A DNA stretch of 64,000 nucleotides from the human T2T-CHM13v2.0 reference genome, Homo sapiens, in NCBI RefSeq assembly GCF_009914755.1, contig NC_060932.1; one strand, 5' to 3'. Below are positions 48,867 through 63,787 of the stretch, in pieces. The notes beneath the pieces were generated by a model. That model did not search any database. It had not been told where the DNA came from and was given only the letters and a program-made list of their open reading frames with translations. Within the stretch, counting starts at the first letter, position 1. Every line of letters begins with the position of its first letter. The position numbers and the translations under genes were made by a program.

Positions 48867-50480
48867 AATTTTACAGTCAGTTCACTAAGCAAATAAGTAA
48901 ATGGAAAATGTATCAGATGATAAATACCATGCAGAAAATAAAACCAGCAAGGGGACCATGAGTTGCCTCATAAAACTTTTTAAAATTTTTAATGTCCTCG
49001 TTTATTGAAGATCTATAGTCTGCTTACCTACGTTGCATTTTCAGTCAATATATTTTCTACTCAAAAGATATGGAAGCATTGCTTTTTTTTTAAACACAAG
49101 TGATTTTTTATGACACTTTATGAGGAACAAATTTGACTTTTTTTTCCCAGCAATGCCCTAGTATCTTTGTTTATTTCAGTTTAGTCAGTCTTTCGGCAGC
49201 TTCTCTAATATGTCTTGAATCCGAGTGGAAAAAGCAGATTGCAACTTTTGCATTTCACTTTTGAGAAGTTGATATAGAGTGTAACTCAACTAAAATGTAG
49301 AAGCATACCTTTATCCTCACAGGATTGCCAAGAACTTGATTTATTTTTGGAAGTGTGTCTGTTAAAAATCAAAGGGATATTTCATTTTGGGGACATGAAG
49401 ACTCAATACTATATAAAAATAGACAAACTAAAATTCAGACTCAGTGAACTCATTGTACTTAAAATAATGCAGATAATTCTAGTATTTTCAGAGAAAGTAA
49501 TCCTTCCGGGAAGCTTTGTGTGATATATAATTTTCTAAGTATTAATGTAAAAATAAATCCACTTTTGATTGGAAGCTCTTCTGAAACCCAACTGAGAGAA
49601 ACTGAGACTATCCTAATGATCATAATATTGATAAACACCTTAAACTTTATTGAATTTCTATATTTCTGTACTAAGAAGCTCAAAGCACTTCTCATATTTT
49701 ATCTTACTTGCCCTAACAACATTCTTGTACAGTAGGTAGGGGCAACTGTAATTAGAGATTAGATGTGTCCGTTTTCCATTGTTATGAAAACACAGTAAAC
49801 TGAAATCCATTTCAGTTCCTAGTTCAGCTTGCCAACCAAGACAATTAAACAGTCGTTTTGCTTATCAAAGTACCATTTACTTGATTTTTTTTAATATCGT
49901 AATTTCCTTTCCATTTTCTCTGAGACTAATGCTGCATCTTCCAAAACTTTAGTGTTGAACCCTAGTAGCATTTTTTTGGAGGCTCCATGTTGTGAAATTT
50001 CCTTAATGGCTCTTCTCTGGCCAGCAGTTTAAGTTCATGTGAGGGCATCAGGGTATAAGAAATAAGTGTTCATTTCTTCCGAGTTGACAACACATGTTTG
50101 AAACATATGTAGGAAATATAATTATTTCTGAACATTTCTTGGCTTACCTCAATTTTTTTCTTTTTGCATGCTTAGGTCTCCCAAATTGCATTATATAGTA
50201 CAATGTATAGTACTCTATAGCACAACTGCTTTTTAGACAAATAACTACTCCCACTTTATTATTTTATAAAGTTTTAACATTCATAGTTAGCACACGGTAT
50301 TGACATGAAAATTTTAAAAAATCATATAGGTGGTCATCCTAGACAAGGCTTAGCTTTAAAGTGTTTCTACAGAAAATTCATCACATCACATGCCTTTTAG
50401 TTTTTATTATTTCTTTTTGATTTCACATTTATTATTTACAGTCTCTGCCAGTATTGGAAAATATAGTATTTCCTTCACTT

Positions 50481-50880
50481 TGTGTGGCAGAACTGCTAGC
50501 TGCTTGCCAAAACCCAGGCTCCCCTCTTCCTTCTACGCACACAGCTAGACCAAATTTCCCAGTGTCCTGTGTAGTTAAATGTGGTGTGTGAATGTTTTTA
50601 CCAGTGAAATGCACATGGTGGTGAGAGTTACTAACTGCAGGTCACATGCTTCTCCATGCTGTTTTTCCCTTTGTCTGGCTAAAATGGAGATGGTGCTCAA
50701 CATGACTGTGGAAGCCACATATTGAAAGCATCAGACTCCATCAGCCTAGGTTCTTGAATGGCTTTATGGAGGAAGGTCACACTGCCAGCCTATTCCCCTC
50801 CCCAATGCATAAGAAATATATGCTGTTGTTGTTGAGTCATTATACATATTGGGGTCCATTTTTTATAGCAGTTAGCTTAT
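50481..50880 (+). mobile_element. MaLR LTR (MLT1I/J-like)
   Basis: tgtggcagaactgctagctgc...acacagctagaccaaatttcccagtgtcctgtgtagtta...ttggggtcca..ttttatagcagttagc. Confidence 0.7.
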
Positions 50881-51299
50881 GAGAACTATTAGACTGCTTA
50901 AAATGAGTTTCACCACAAAACTATACATTTGTAAGAGAATCTTGTCATCTCAGGGAAATGTATTAATAAAACCCACTGCCATATATTTATTCAAAGAAAT
51001 CACTTTGAACTAAAAGAGAATGAAAAAGCCAAGAAGCTAAGAGATTACTTTTTGTATTAAAATTGTCTAGAAACTTGTGAAGAAGATGTAAACTGTATAA
51101 ATAAGAAACCCAGAACAACACATATATAAACCCAGTTCTAGTCTTTCACAGTACAATTATGTGTGTAACTGATAACAAAACCTGACATAATATTTGGACT
51201 TTTAAGGCAATTATTTAGAATACATAAATCAAATAGATGAAATATAAAAATGGATATCAAAATCTAAAGCAGTAAAACAGGAGCATCAAAAAATTAGAT

Positions 51300-51700
51300 C
51301 CTGAACTTGAAGGAAATTAGAACATGCTTGTAAGCATCATGTTCAATTAGAAAACTTAGCTGCATAAAGGACGTGGCATGGGAGGATCAATCAAGAATTA
51401 GGAACATAAAAAGAACACATTATGAAAATGGAGAAGGGAAAGAAATAAAAGAAGAATACATAGTATATTGAATATAAATTTTTAAGCTCTGAGGGCTAGA
51501 AAGGGCAAAAAAGAAAATAAAGTTGAGTGAATTAATGTTGGCTAAAAGGGGTAAGTGGCATCAAAGGGGCACTTACAATGATATCAGGTGAAAAAGAAAC
51601 ACTAGAAAGAAAATGGGTTCATGAATAACCTGAAAAGCAGATGAAATCAATAAGGTTTAAATGGTTGAACTACTCAACTTTAAAATGTTTTAACTAAAAT
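51300..51700 (+). mobile_element. probable CR1/L3 LINE ORF2 remnant
   Basis: 51529-51621 translates ELMLAKRGKWHQRGTYNDIR*KRNTRKKMGS, which aligns without gaps to the recalled CR1 ORF2 motif ELxLARDVKxNKKGFxxYIxSKRKTRENVGP. Confidence 0.45.
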
Positions 51701-54700
51701 AATGAAAATTATAGAAAATTAAGTTATGAAGAGCCTATAAATATGGCTAATGGGAAAATTCAATAAAATAACACTGGGCCAATTAAGTATAAGTTGCTCA
51801 GGAGTTCTGATGATCTGTACAATGGGGATCAAAGGATTTTACTAACAAATTTACAAGCTGCTTATGACATGTTTAAGTCATAATGAAGAAAATAGTAAAA
51901 AATAAAAGGGAAATGTAAACATGATGTAAGCTTTAAAATATTGAGTAGTTTTATAAATCAGGAAAATTATTGTAGGTGGTTTTATTCAAATAAAAAATAA
52001 CAAAAATTATTTGACACTAGTTGCTTCATTTATGGAATATATAAACATGTAAAATTTAGGCAAACTTTTGGGTGGAAGAAATAAAATATTTAATGGGCGA
52101 AAATAATTTAAAATGTTGAGCAAGACATTTAACTTTTCTATATGTATTTGATCTATAAACTATTCATAGATTTTTTTGTTGAAAACAAATATGATAGCAC
52201 AGGAAATCCTTTGGAACACATCAGAAGGAAGATATTATATAGTCTTCTATACATTTACATACATATACACACAAATATTTTTCAAGGCATATGTTTTTGA
52301 ATAGACATTATTTTCAAGGCTCAGACAATAAGTCTAGATCTTTGTGAATACATTACACTCTTCTCATTCTCTATCATGTACTTAGCAAATATTGTCTATT
52401 ATGTACATAGTAAGCATAAATTACTCAGAAATATTGTATTAATATAGCAGCTTTAATGTGAGCATATGAGAAGCATACCAATACAGAATAAATTACTCAT
52501 TAGTGTTCAAATAAATTGCCTATATGGTGGCTCCACCCCACCTACTATTCACCTTCTACACTGACCTTTCTTCCATCCTTCATATTGGTGAGAATTTGTA
52601 ATATCCACAGCCTTTGCATATGCTGTTCATCTCTTATGTACTTCCATCTCTCATCATCCACCTCCACTCCCTTCCTGACCTAAGCATTTTCTACTCTTCC
52701 TTCCTATCTCAATCACAATATAATTCCTTATGGAAGCCTTCTGTAACCACCTCAACCAAGTTAATTAGCCCTGTACTTCCTAACATGTATTCTATCAAGT
52801 CACACATCACACTTTTTAAAAAGAGTAAGACATAGATGTTGATATAATTGTTAGAGTTGAAAAGGAACTGAGACTTCAGTACCTTTTTATTGCAAATGCT
52901 AAAATATTTCATTATCTTTCACAGACATATTATGTTTTGCAGACATATTATTACAATACACTCCAGTTAAAAGGACTTCATCAGTTATAATAAATGCTAA
53001 ATTCACATAAGCATTTCTGCTGATACACAGACAAACCAAATGCTATTCAGATTTTTTTTGTTGATGGAAATAACTGGGTTATTATAACTTGGTTATTAAG
53101 ATGCTCATAGAAAAACTTTTTTTGGCAAACAATCACACTCTGTCATTATTTTATGTATAAACAAGTTGAAAACTGTTGAATCAGGGACATGATTAAGTTG
53201 GTGGTGTTCATGTTGGATGGTGATGCAGTGGCAACAGCAGTGGTGATGATGATGATGATGGTGATTGTGATAAACATATTCTGCATGGCATTTTTTAAAA
53301 AAGTGATTAGATGGAAACTGCTTTGGTTTCATTTTTATATTTCAGCAGTTCAAGACTGTGTGCAGCTGAATAAATAATGGTGTTGAGAGACTTATTTTCC
53401 TTTTTAACTTGGAGGCTTTGCTGCAGAGTTAGAAGGATCAATAGGCTGTCCATGATCTAGAGGATACAGACTGAAAGAGAGAAAAAGTGAAACAGATGAT
53501 TTATCCCATTAGCTTCTTGATCTTCCTTATATTTACTCTTCCAGTGACATCATTAGGTCAATTTGAGATTAGGAGGCAGAAGAACCTCTAAACTTTTATC
53601 CATCTCTGTATCCTGCACACTATAGAATATCCTAAGGAACTTGCATAGCCTTGAACTAGTGTTGCAAGAATGGCACATGACATATACCTCAATTAGGATG
53701 CCAGGGAGAGGTTACCGTCTTCACTTTGATGTTTCCCAGGGTTCACCCTGAATAAGGCAGTTATCTCTCTAAGCTGAACATGTAAAAGCATAATAAGACT
53801 AATAACAAAATAATTCACAGTTATAGAATCATTTGATTGATGCTGATGCTCCGCAAGAGCACTATGTTAAAATGATGTTCTTTAATTCTCAGAATAAGCC
53901 AGTGCTGTTATCGTTCTCACTTAACAATTGAGGAAACAGATTTAGCTGGCATTGACCATCGGGGCCAAACCTTCAGACTGAGAAAACTACCGTAAGCTAC
54001 ACTGGGCCAGTGTATCGAGAAGGACACCGGACAGGAACCACAAGCTTCCGCACCAGGGATTCCTGTTGAGTAGGAGTCCTTGCAGGAGTCTAGACACCAG
54101 TTCATTCTCTAGCCATGTAGCTCCTCAGGAGATATCTTCTCCTTTGGTGGCAGCTCAGGTACAACGAAATGAGACTCACCTTGGACACCTGTGGGAGTAG
54201 CCCTGACTCAGAAGCCTCATGACCCACAGAAACTAATATCTCTCATAATAACTCACACCGCAAATCCCCAGGGTTATGTCTTTTATGAGCCACCAAACTG
54301 AAAAGCCCTAAGTATGGCCTCCTCATCACATATTGAATAATGTGTTTATACTCCCCCACCTCCGTTGCCATCTACCAATCAGTGGTCATTTTTACCAAAA
54401 GCACTATTACCTAATAATATCATTAACATTCCAACTTTTATCAGATTACTAGGGAAACTATCTAGAGAGTTAAGCTCAAGTTAATTTCACATGCAGAAGG
54501 TAAGAACAGTTTTATTAATCTTTTGCCTAAGAGTAACTCTTCCAAAGTCACAGAGTTGATAGAGGAGATGGCATTTGACCCCAATCTGTCTGACTCTAGA
54601 GCTCCTGATTGAAATTCTTATTATCCTCTCCTACTCAATAGCCCCCAAGGTATGTTAGCCTTCTTTTAATTCCTCAGACATGTAAAGCTTATTCCTCTTT

Positions 54701-54791
54701 CCTTAATTATTTTGTACTCTCTCATTCTACTGTTCACATAGTTGCTTCTGACTGTTCATTCAAGGTTGGCTCAAGCGCCCTGTTCCCAAAG

Positions 54792-55111
<320 letters not shown>

Positions 55112-55839
55112 CCAAAGAGACTTTTTGACCACCCTCACTATTTTTGACTATACCTTCCTTCCCCACAGTTACCTAATAATTTTCTGTTTTTATCATAATG
55201 TTTTGTTTCCTTTCTAACACTTATACTCTCTGAATTGTCATGTTAGTTTAGTTTCTTCTTGTTTATTGTGTATCTCTTCCCATGGAGGTGTGAACCCTGT
55301 GAGGGTAGTGATTTGAGTTACTTGCTCACTGGTGTTTCATTAGTACGTAGAATAGTTCCTGACACATGATAGGTCTAGAGTGATTGACGGAAAAACTATG
55401 CGCTCCTTTAGAGTTTATCTCATACAACTCTTGTGAATTTCAAGGAAAGATAGGCAAACATGTTTCTACTTATTAAAAACTATAAAAATACAAATTGTAA
55501 TTCTACTCAAGTAATAAACTAAATTGACTTTAGGCAAAACATTTAGGCAAAAAGCTAACAATCTTCTTTGATCTGAAAACATTTTTAGTAGCTATTGATT
55601 CTGTACAAGTCATGCTCTTTTAGAGTCTATAGTGGACTCCAAAGAAACAGAATCATGAATCTACTATGAACATAGTGAGTTGTGATTTATTTAGTTTTTT
55701 ACATTATCTTTGGACCTGGTTTATAAGGTGACTAAGTCCTTGAAAAACATTTGTTTAATTTGTATACTGCTAGTGTCCAGAATGGTCTCAAAAGTTGGGT
55801 GCATGTATTTCAAGGAAAACAAATTGTTAGAACACCTAT

Positions 55840-56009
55840 TAATCTCTCTTTTTATAATGTCCATATTTGTATGTGTGTTATAATGACTACAATGTGTTCA
55901 TATAGTGGATTATGCAAATAATTTAAACACAAATATCTATATGTAGGGGGTGCAAACTCAAAATTTTGCTTATGGATGTGCAAATACATAAAAATTTTAA
56001 AGACCACTG
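55840..56009. mobile_element. Charlie4-like hAT terminal fragment
   Basis: gggggtgcaaactcaaaa...ggatgtgcaaatacataaaaattttaaagaccactg terminal-like sequence. Confidence 0.45.
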
Positions 56010-56854
56010 GCATGGAAGATTCAGTTGCATTATTATTATTTTATTATTGAATCACATAATCAGATTCGTACAAATGGGATGTTCATAAGTATGTAATTCA
56101 ATGTAGCATGCATTAAGTGCTTTATGAAGAATGCAGAACATCTATTGGAATATGGATGAAGAAAAGATTACTTCTGCCTGTACAAAGCCAAAGGGTTGGA
56201 ATTGGCATTTGCCTTAGAAATATGGATGTGATTTACCAAACTCCAGATAGGTACCATGCTCATTTTGGAATTTGTTGTAAACAAACACATAAAAACAGGA
56301 CAAAACCACTTGTATTCAAGAAATGGAAAATTGTTCAGGATGGAAGAAAATGTTTATGAGTAGGAGAGTAAAGAAGAGCACTAGGAAGCTACTTCCAAGG
56401 CATGTGTGAAGGGCTTTGAATACTAGGTTAAAGATTTTTTTCATTGATGAGTAGACCATAGAAAGCTAGAAATTCTTTCTGCACAGAGCAATGACATTTT
56501 TTAAATGATGTTTCCAGAGAAAGTATGGGAGTGTGCAGGATTGGCTGGAAAGTAGAACGCAGACAGAGGTGATAGGTGGGCAACTACTGAAATGGGCAGA
56601 GCATGACATGAGAAGAGCCTAAGCTACGGTCGCATGGTGCCCTTCTGTTGAGTTGGAATAGAAACACAAGTGTGGAGATATTAGAGAAGAAGGTTTATTT
56701 TATGGACTCTGTTTTTCCATCATAAAATTGTCACATAAAGAGAATACTGATCCAGTCCTCCATGGAGAGAACCAGTGATTCTTGGATGAGCAAATAAGTT
56801 AATGGAGTAACAGCAAAGCCCCATGAATAATGGCTTTGCCCTCACAAAAATAAC

Positions 56855-56949
56855 CTTGTGTAGAGAAGGTCAAGTGTACGTGCATTGGTGCAGGCTATTC
56901 CGCAGCTTGTCGGCAACTCGCGTTGGGACTTCTGACAAGCAGCTGCATC
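56855..56949 (-). other. candidate internal exon (95 nt)
   Basis: ctcctctttctctgtcttcttcaaaatgtaacttag|GATGCAG...ACACAAG|gttatt (weak donor; alternative GTGAGG 9 nt further on); 5 CpGs in 95 nt within AT-rich surroundings. Confidence 0.4.
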
Positions 56950-57329
56950 CTAAGTTACATTTTGAAGAAGACAGAGAAAGAGGAGCAGATGAAGTTGTTA
57001 ATGCTGAGGTCTCAGCCATTTATTTGTTGTTGTTTCTTTGCTCTACTACACTACATGCCCAACATTTAGGAAAATATACTTAGGAAAGCATAGCCAAGCG
57101 CACTGAAACACAGAAGATGCACATATCCAGATAAAATATTTCAAAATCAAGAATATACTATATGTGCTCATCATAAATCTAATTTTGTTATCCATTTTAA
57201 ATTTTTTTGAATTCCAATAGGCCATATATTTTCTATATGGACAGCTGTAACATGTGCTTCTTGCTACTAAATCTGACTAAAATTTATCTTTTAAATGGTG
57301 TATTATCCAATTTTTAAAATTTTAGTTAT

Positions 57330-57849
<520 letters not shown>

Positions 57850-58469
57850 TCTCCAAATTTTTTTAAGTTTCATTATTTGCTTCATTGACTCAAATAGAGT
57901 TTTCTGTTTTCTTGGAGTTTAAGAAATGCATAAGTAAAAAAATCACAATTATGATTTTTTTAAAGAAAAGTCTCTACTTCCTAATAAATGTGGCTAATTT
58001 TTCTTGAATCATTCTACCATAAAAATATCGAGCAAGTTACTTTACTTCTTAGAGACTCAGGTCTCCAATCTGTAATATGAAAACTGTGTTAGTAACTCTT
58101 TATGAATATTGTCTAAAAACTAAATAAGATATTCATGTAAAGTGATTATCACAGTGCCTGGAAGTTGATGAACAATCAATTCTTGTTTATTTGATGAATT
58201 GGATATTTCTGAGCAAATGGTTTAAATTACTCAATGTCTTTAGGTCCTCCTTTCCTTTTAATTAAATGAATTAAGTACATTAATTTTACTAAGTGATACG
58301 ATTCAATTTTCATTGAGGAAGTTGGACTTCCCTCCAAGTAGGTCATCTAATATAAAATTATAATTTTAAGAAATTTCAATTACTATTAAGATGTTTTCCT
58401 ATTTCTTTACATTAAGAACAAATTTCAAACATACATCTTTATCAGTGGTATTCTAGCATATTAACAATA

Positions 58470-58680
58470 ATGACTGTTATTGAGAATTGACTCTGAGCCA
58501 GGACAATCCATATGACTCAAATATATTATGTCTCATTTACTTTTTAAGATAACCCTCTAAAACAAGTACTGTTTTTATCCCCACTTAACTAATGAGGAAC
58601 CATCCTCAGTAGAATCAGAATTTGAATCCGGATCTATCTGTCTACATAGGATCAGCATTGAATCATTAGCCATATTGCCA
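58470..58680 (-). mobile_element. MIR SINE
   Basis: ttattgagaattgactctgagccagg...tttttatccccacttaactaatgaggaac...gaatttgaatccggatctatctg. Confidence 0.6.
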
Positions 58681-58936
58681 TACTTTATAAATGTAATATA
58701 ATTCAGTCATTAAGAGACATAATATGATAGTATTTTTAAGAAATAAAGATTCCTGTTAATCCTTCCACGTACAATTCCCTGTAATATATTAGATCAAATT
58801 ACTCTATCTCCTGAGAAAATACGTAATCATGGATGATAACCTTGAAGAAGAAAAGAAAAGTGTATTTACAGCAGTGTCTTCGCAGATTAAAGCCCTGTCT
58901 ATATTACTCCAAAATATTTAAGTCAGGCAAGAATGG

Positions 58937-58973
<37 letters not shown>

Positions 58974-59882
58974 ACCCGAAATTGTTTTGTAAACTTAGCT
59001 CATGCTTCTTTTTGTTTAACTGATGGAGATCAACTCATTAAATACTCAGTTTCAGGAAAGCACTTGTAGTAGCCTAGCTCTGAAGTTGATGTTTAGATTT
59101 GGGTTACATCTGGATGATTATTAGAGTTGGATTTCTGTTTTCACATTTCAGTGTTTTGTTAAGTGCAGTCACCAAACACATTTGATGAAATCAGAATTAC
59201 TCATGCATGCTGAGAATCACTCAAAACCAAAGAAAAGAAAGGTGCTTAAGATATTTTTGCAGGTTGGAGACATTAGAGAAATAAAATATTATGAGCAGAA
59301 AATAGGTAAATGTACTATTATAGAAATATATAGCGTATATTTTTACATATTTAAGTCATCTCTACATTGGACTTAGTTAATTTTTCATTTTTTCTTCTCT
59401 TTTCTAAGTGTAGATGATCCCACTTTAGAAATGAGAAAAAAGAGTGCTTTTGTAAAGTAGATGGAAATGAAAACAAAGCAGTAACCTCAAAATGTGATTT
59501 TCTTGCTCTCTGCAGAATCTTTGTCTTACTTTTCATGTTTAATGTTGAGGCCTAGATTATATTTTTCCCACTTTCTTTCCATAACTATGAATCTTGTCAG
59601 TAATTAGGGCTCATCTCTAACAGTGCAATATTAATATAGCATCCCTGCTGTGAACATAACAGTAGGCACACATGGATCTACCTTATTTTGAGAGTCTCTG
59701 CTGAACACAGTGAGAAGATTAGGGATTCACCAGGTCTACCCCTTTGGGCCCTGCCGTGCACCATCCTGGTGTTCTCAATGGGGTCACTGTAGGAATAGGT
59801 CTAGCTAAGGTCGTATCCTGGGCAGTGAGGCGGAGAAATTGCCTACCAAATCGAGTAAGTCTTTTAAGAATCCTTCACTTAC

Positions 59883-59932
59883 CCTTATATGATCGTGGAC
59901 ATCCTTCCCCCTTAATCCCTTTCCTCTGTCAC
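59883..59932 (-). other. candidate internal exon (50 nt)
   Basis: cactttattacgcag|GTGACAGAGG...CATATAAGG|gtaagt; purine-rich body, consensus donor. Confidence 0.4.
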
Positions 59933-62900
59933 CTGCGTAATAAAGTGTGACTCTCATTCAACATGGGTATGTAGCATAAAATTTAAGAATTTTCATTTCT
60001 ATTAACTTTGAAACTGAGGATTATGACCAGAAGAGAGCTTTATTTCTGAGCACTCATGTATAGGCTCACTTCCTTCCACTTTATTTGCTACCAAAGTTAT
60101 TAAAAATTAGAGAGCTAATTATTTACGAGATAATATTTTTTCACCGAGGATATGCGTAAAGAAACAATAGCATTCGCATAGCTGCCTCCCTTTTTTAAGA
60201 GTCCCTTTTATTATCAGAAAACACAAATATGAAATATTTTTATTCTACTCTAACTTGGGAAAACTTGGAAAGACAACTTTAAATTATATTTCTTTAAATT
60301 TTGTTTTGCTGTACTGATAAACTATAAATAATAGCATTATTTCTGGCAGTTTCTGCATGTAATTTTGAAGCAGGCTTGCATACTGTTAGTTTTTTTACAA
60401 GTTTGTTATTCTACTTAGTGATCTAGCTCACCTGAATCTGTTTGAAACTGATAATCTCTAAATATAAATCAGATAAATAAATTGGGGTATCGGTGACCCC
60501 TGATGAACTTGATATGTATTTGATTATGAAAGTCTTATAATTCAAAATTAGAATAAAAGAATTAAGCCAAATATATATTCAGATTTTCAACTTTTAAATC
60601 TTAAATTCTCTACCCAATTTTCTGTGAACACATGATTATCTGCTAATCTGACAAATGCGGAAAATCCGAGTCTATGAGATAGAACCAACTTCATATAATT
60701 TAAAAGATGCAGTCTTACTGTGATACTTTATAGTTCCACTTCTGTCTTACCTACCTCCCAAATTTGAAATACACAGTCCATAATGAAGGTTAGAATGAGC
60801 GCTTAATCTTAATTATGCATTTTGCAGTATTATAAATGCTGAAAGATTACTTCCAATGTTTGGTACAATCTTAGACGGTGCAGATGTAGTTGCCTTTGGT
60901 ATATGCCATCTTTACTGAACTAACAATTTCCATAATGCTGTCACATTCTGCATGGGAAGCAGATTTACAGATAGGTAATCCATGTAAGGTATTTTAAAGA
61001 CAGCTTATTAAAGGATTGAGGACTGCTGTTAAATTACATATGCTTTCAATTGCTATGAGGAGCAAACAGCATCAAGAAGTGTAGTAATTTAGCCAGGCCA
61101 GAGAAAGGCCTATTTAAAGTTTGATGATATATCCTTTAAACTTTTACTTCAAGCCCTCTTTAGCTTTATATTTACTCTGGTATAACTGTATTTCCTGCTG
61201 TATAATGAAATTTTCACGGAATCCTAAAGTATGCACATGAAAAAATTAGATATATTTTTCTTAAAATTTACATCCTTAGTTTACAATTTTAAAAATTGTC
61301 TTTTTCCATGATAGTGGCATTACTTCAAAGGAGGCCAGACTGTATTTTTAACATAGCTAAATATGAATGGCTAAAGTAATTTCAGACTCCCTGCTGGTGT
61401 TAACTGTTATTCTTCTGCCATATCCCTTATATTCTGAGAGCCATAGAAAAAAAACTGAGTTGAAGAAGGTCTTATCATAGTCTCTGATAGTTGTGAGTTT
61501 GTGTTTTATCTTCAAACAAGGAGAAGAAGGGTTAGCTGGTCCTTAAATTCATTTTCAGATCTCTGAATCACATATTTTGATATATTGTAATATGTTCCTA
61601 AAATATATGTATTTTCCCTTGTATTTCTCTCATGTCTTTCACAATGCCTAATTTTGCTCTATGCAAATGGTGTGTACTCAGTAGAAATTGTTGATGTGGC
61701 TTGAATTGAAATCAGTGCTAATTACCTTTGAATACTAGTTCTACCTTTCCCTTAATCATGAGCCAGGATATACTTTCCAACTTTCACTAGGTAATCTGTT
61801 CTCAATTTCTACATTTCTTGGATTCCAGACCAGGGCTTGCAAAGCGGAAGAGACACTAGGGAAGGTGGCAGAGGTGGAGAGAGAAGGGGTATCATCCATG
61901 GTGAACACACTGGGCAAGTCACTGGGGACTGCAAAATGCATATCAACATATTCAAAGCTCCAAGATAACTTATAGCAAAGAAACCACTTTTCACTTTCTT
62001 AAATTCATGTATCATTTGTTATTTAAAAAATAATAAAAATGTTCTCGTTACTTCTTAGCAAAGTCAGTGCTTTAATCAATACAAAAAGGAATATATTAAT
62101 TTGAATTTTTTGATGCCTAGTTTAACTGTTAATTTGGGACATTTTTATTTTAGTAGAAATAGTCCCAAGTTGGAAAAACTTGATTTAGCATTTTATAGCT
62201 TTTAGACGAACAAAGTTCATGGATTATACAGAAATTAAAACAAAAAGACTTTTGAAGAACAGAGATATAAAAATATACATTAGACAGTTCCCTGACAATA
62301 AACATTGGTTATATAGTTAAAATAATAAAAATTATATGGCTTTATGATTGCAACAAGGTTACACAGCTTCAATTTCAATGTTGTTTAGATTACCTGCATA
62401 CTGATATTTTGACTTATAATATCTTTTCATCTAGAACATTTCCATTTCCAATTCCCATACAATCAAAATCAGTGTCATTTTCTTCTCTCCTTGCTATATT
62501 CTTTTGAGGGCCTGGAAAAGGTTGGCAAGATGCTATTTTAATACATTGACCTAAGCCAACGAATTTTAGAATTATGCAAGTAAAAATGAGCACATAAGTT
62601 ATTTAAAAAAGATCTGCAGTTTAATTTACCTAATGTCAGACTTAAGCAATATTAAATCTATTTGAACTTAATTGCAAATTTGGGTCTCTCTATAAGGTGT
62701 AATTATCTGAACATCTTGCCATTAAAATTAAATGTGAGTGAATTTTGACATATTCATTTTCCTTTGTAATAAATGGAGGGTAATATTTTTATTTTGAAAT
62801 ATTTATAGTGTAAATTACTAAAATGGTATTTCTCTCCTATTCTAATAAATCTGTTTTTACATAAGTTCTAGAGGTTAATGGCTAGATTTTAAATTGCTTT

Positions 62901-63772
62901 CCATTTTGATAATAAGTGGATTTCCAAGAGAGATGATGTTATTAAAGAGACTTTGGTCACTCTGATTCTCTCTTTATATGAGAATAATTCATATTTGTAC
63001 AAACTTAAAGGTATAAGATGAAGCCACACTGGTATTTTTCTAAACATATAGTTTGGAGTATTGTTTTGAAAGGAATTTCTTTTTCTTAATGATATAGTTC
63101 TTTTGTTAAGCCTCTATTCTAAAATGTTTTTCTTTTTATAAAGATTGGGTATTTTTCCTGATATTCATATAACACCTCTCAAAAGTGAATAATGGCAATG
63201 ATTCCACTGAAAATTAACTTTGAATTAATGCGCTGTAACTGTGATCAAATATTGATCAGTTTTCTTTATTTTGTGCATGGTTGCAAAGTGAGAAATATAA
63301 TGCAAACTCTCAAATAATTAATTTGATTACATTGAAAAAAATTAATCTAAACTAGCTACACAAAGTCATAAAATAAAAATGTTGAACACTCAACATTCAA
63401 CGAATATTATTTATTGTTGTCTTAGACTAATTTCATTATTGTTTATGATAAATATTTTTAAAGAGCAATATTTTAGGTATTTTTGAAAGGTCTACTAAAC
63501 TCAGAATTATTATTGAAAAATGAAATGTAAATACTTAGATCTTTGATAACAAAGTAATTAAAATGTATGATTTTGCCTACTGTGTATAATAAGGGCTTAT
63601 ATTTGATCAACCATAAAAGTTATTTAATCATTTTAACCTTGGAATACTACCCCACAAAACACTACTTAATGGAAGTTAGCTGAGACGCATTAGGGTATCA
63701 AAACATCAAGTCGGCAAAGCAAGAGGGCCTAGAAAATTCAAGCCCAGCTTATTCTGCCATAATGCTACAGCA

Positions 63773-63787
63773 GGTTGCGTGGCAACC
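63773..63787. promoter_or_regulatory. RFX X-box-like palindrome
   Basis: GGTTGC-GTG-GCAACC perfect inverted repeat, close to GTNRCC-N0-3-RGYAAC. Confidence 0.4.

Noticed and set aside
53105-53332. ORF with poly-His/Cys tract resembling a metal-binding peptide
   Set aside because: Produced by a short (GAT)n/(GGT) microsatellite; no splice or other coding support
56823-57083. 86-aa plus-strand ORF
   Set aside because: No recognisable homology; antisense to the better-supported minus-strand exon candidate
63378-63402. AACATTCAACG, identical to the first 11 nt of miR-181a, overlapping a small 8-bp hairpin
   Set aside because: The match stops after 11 nt and there is no pre-miRNA-length stem; consistent with chance
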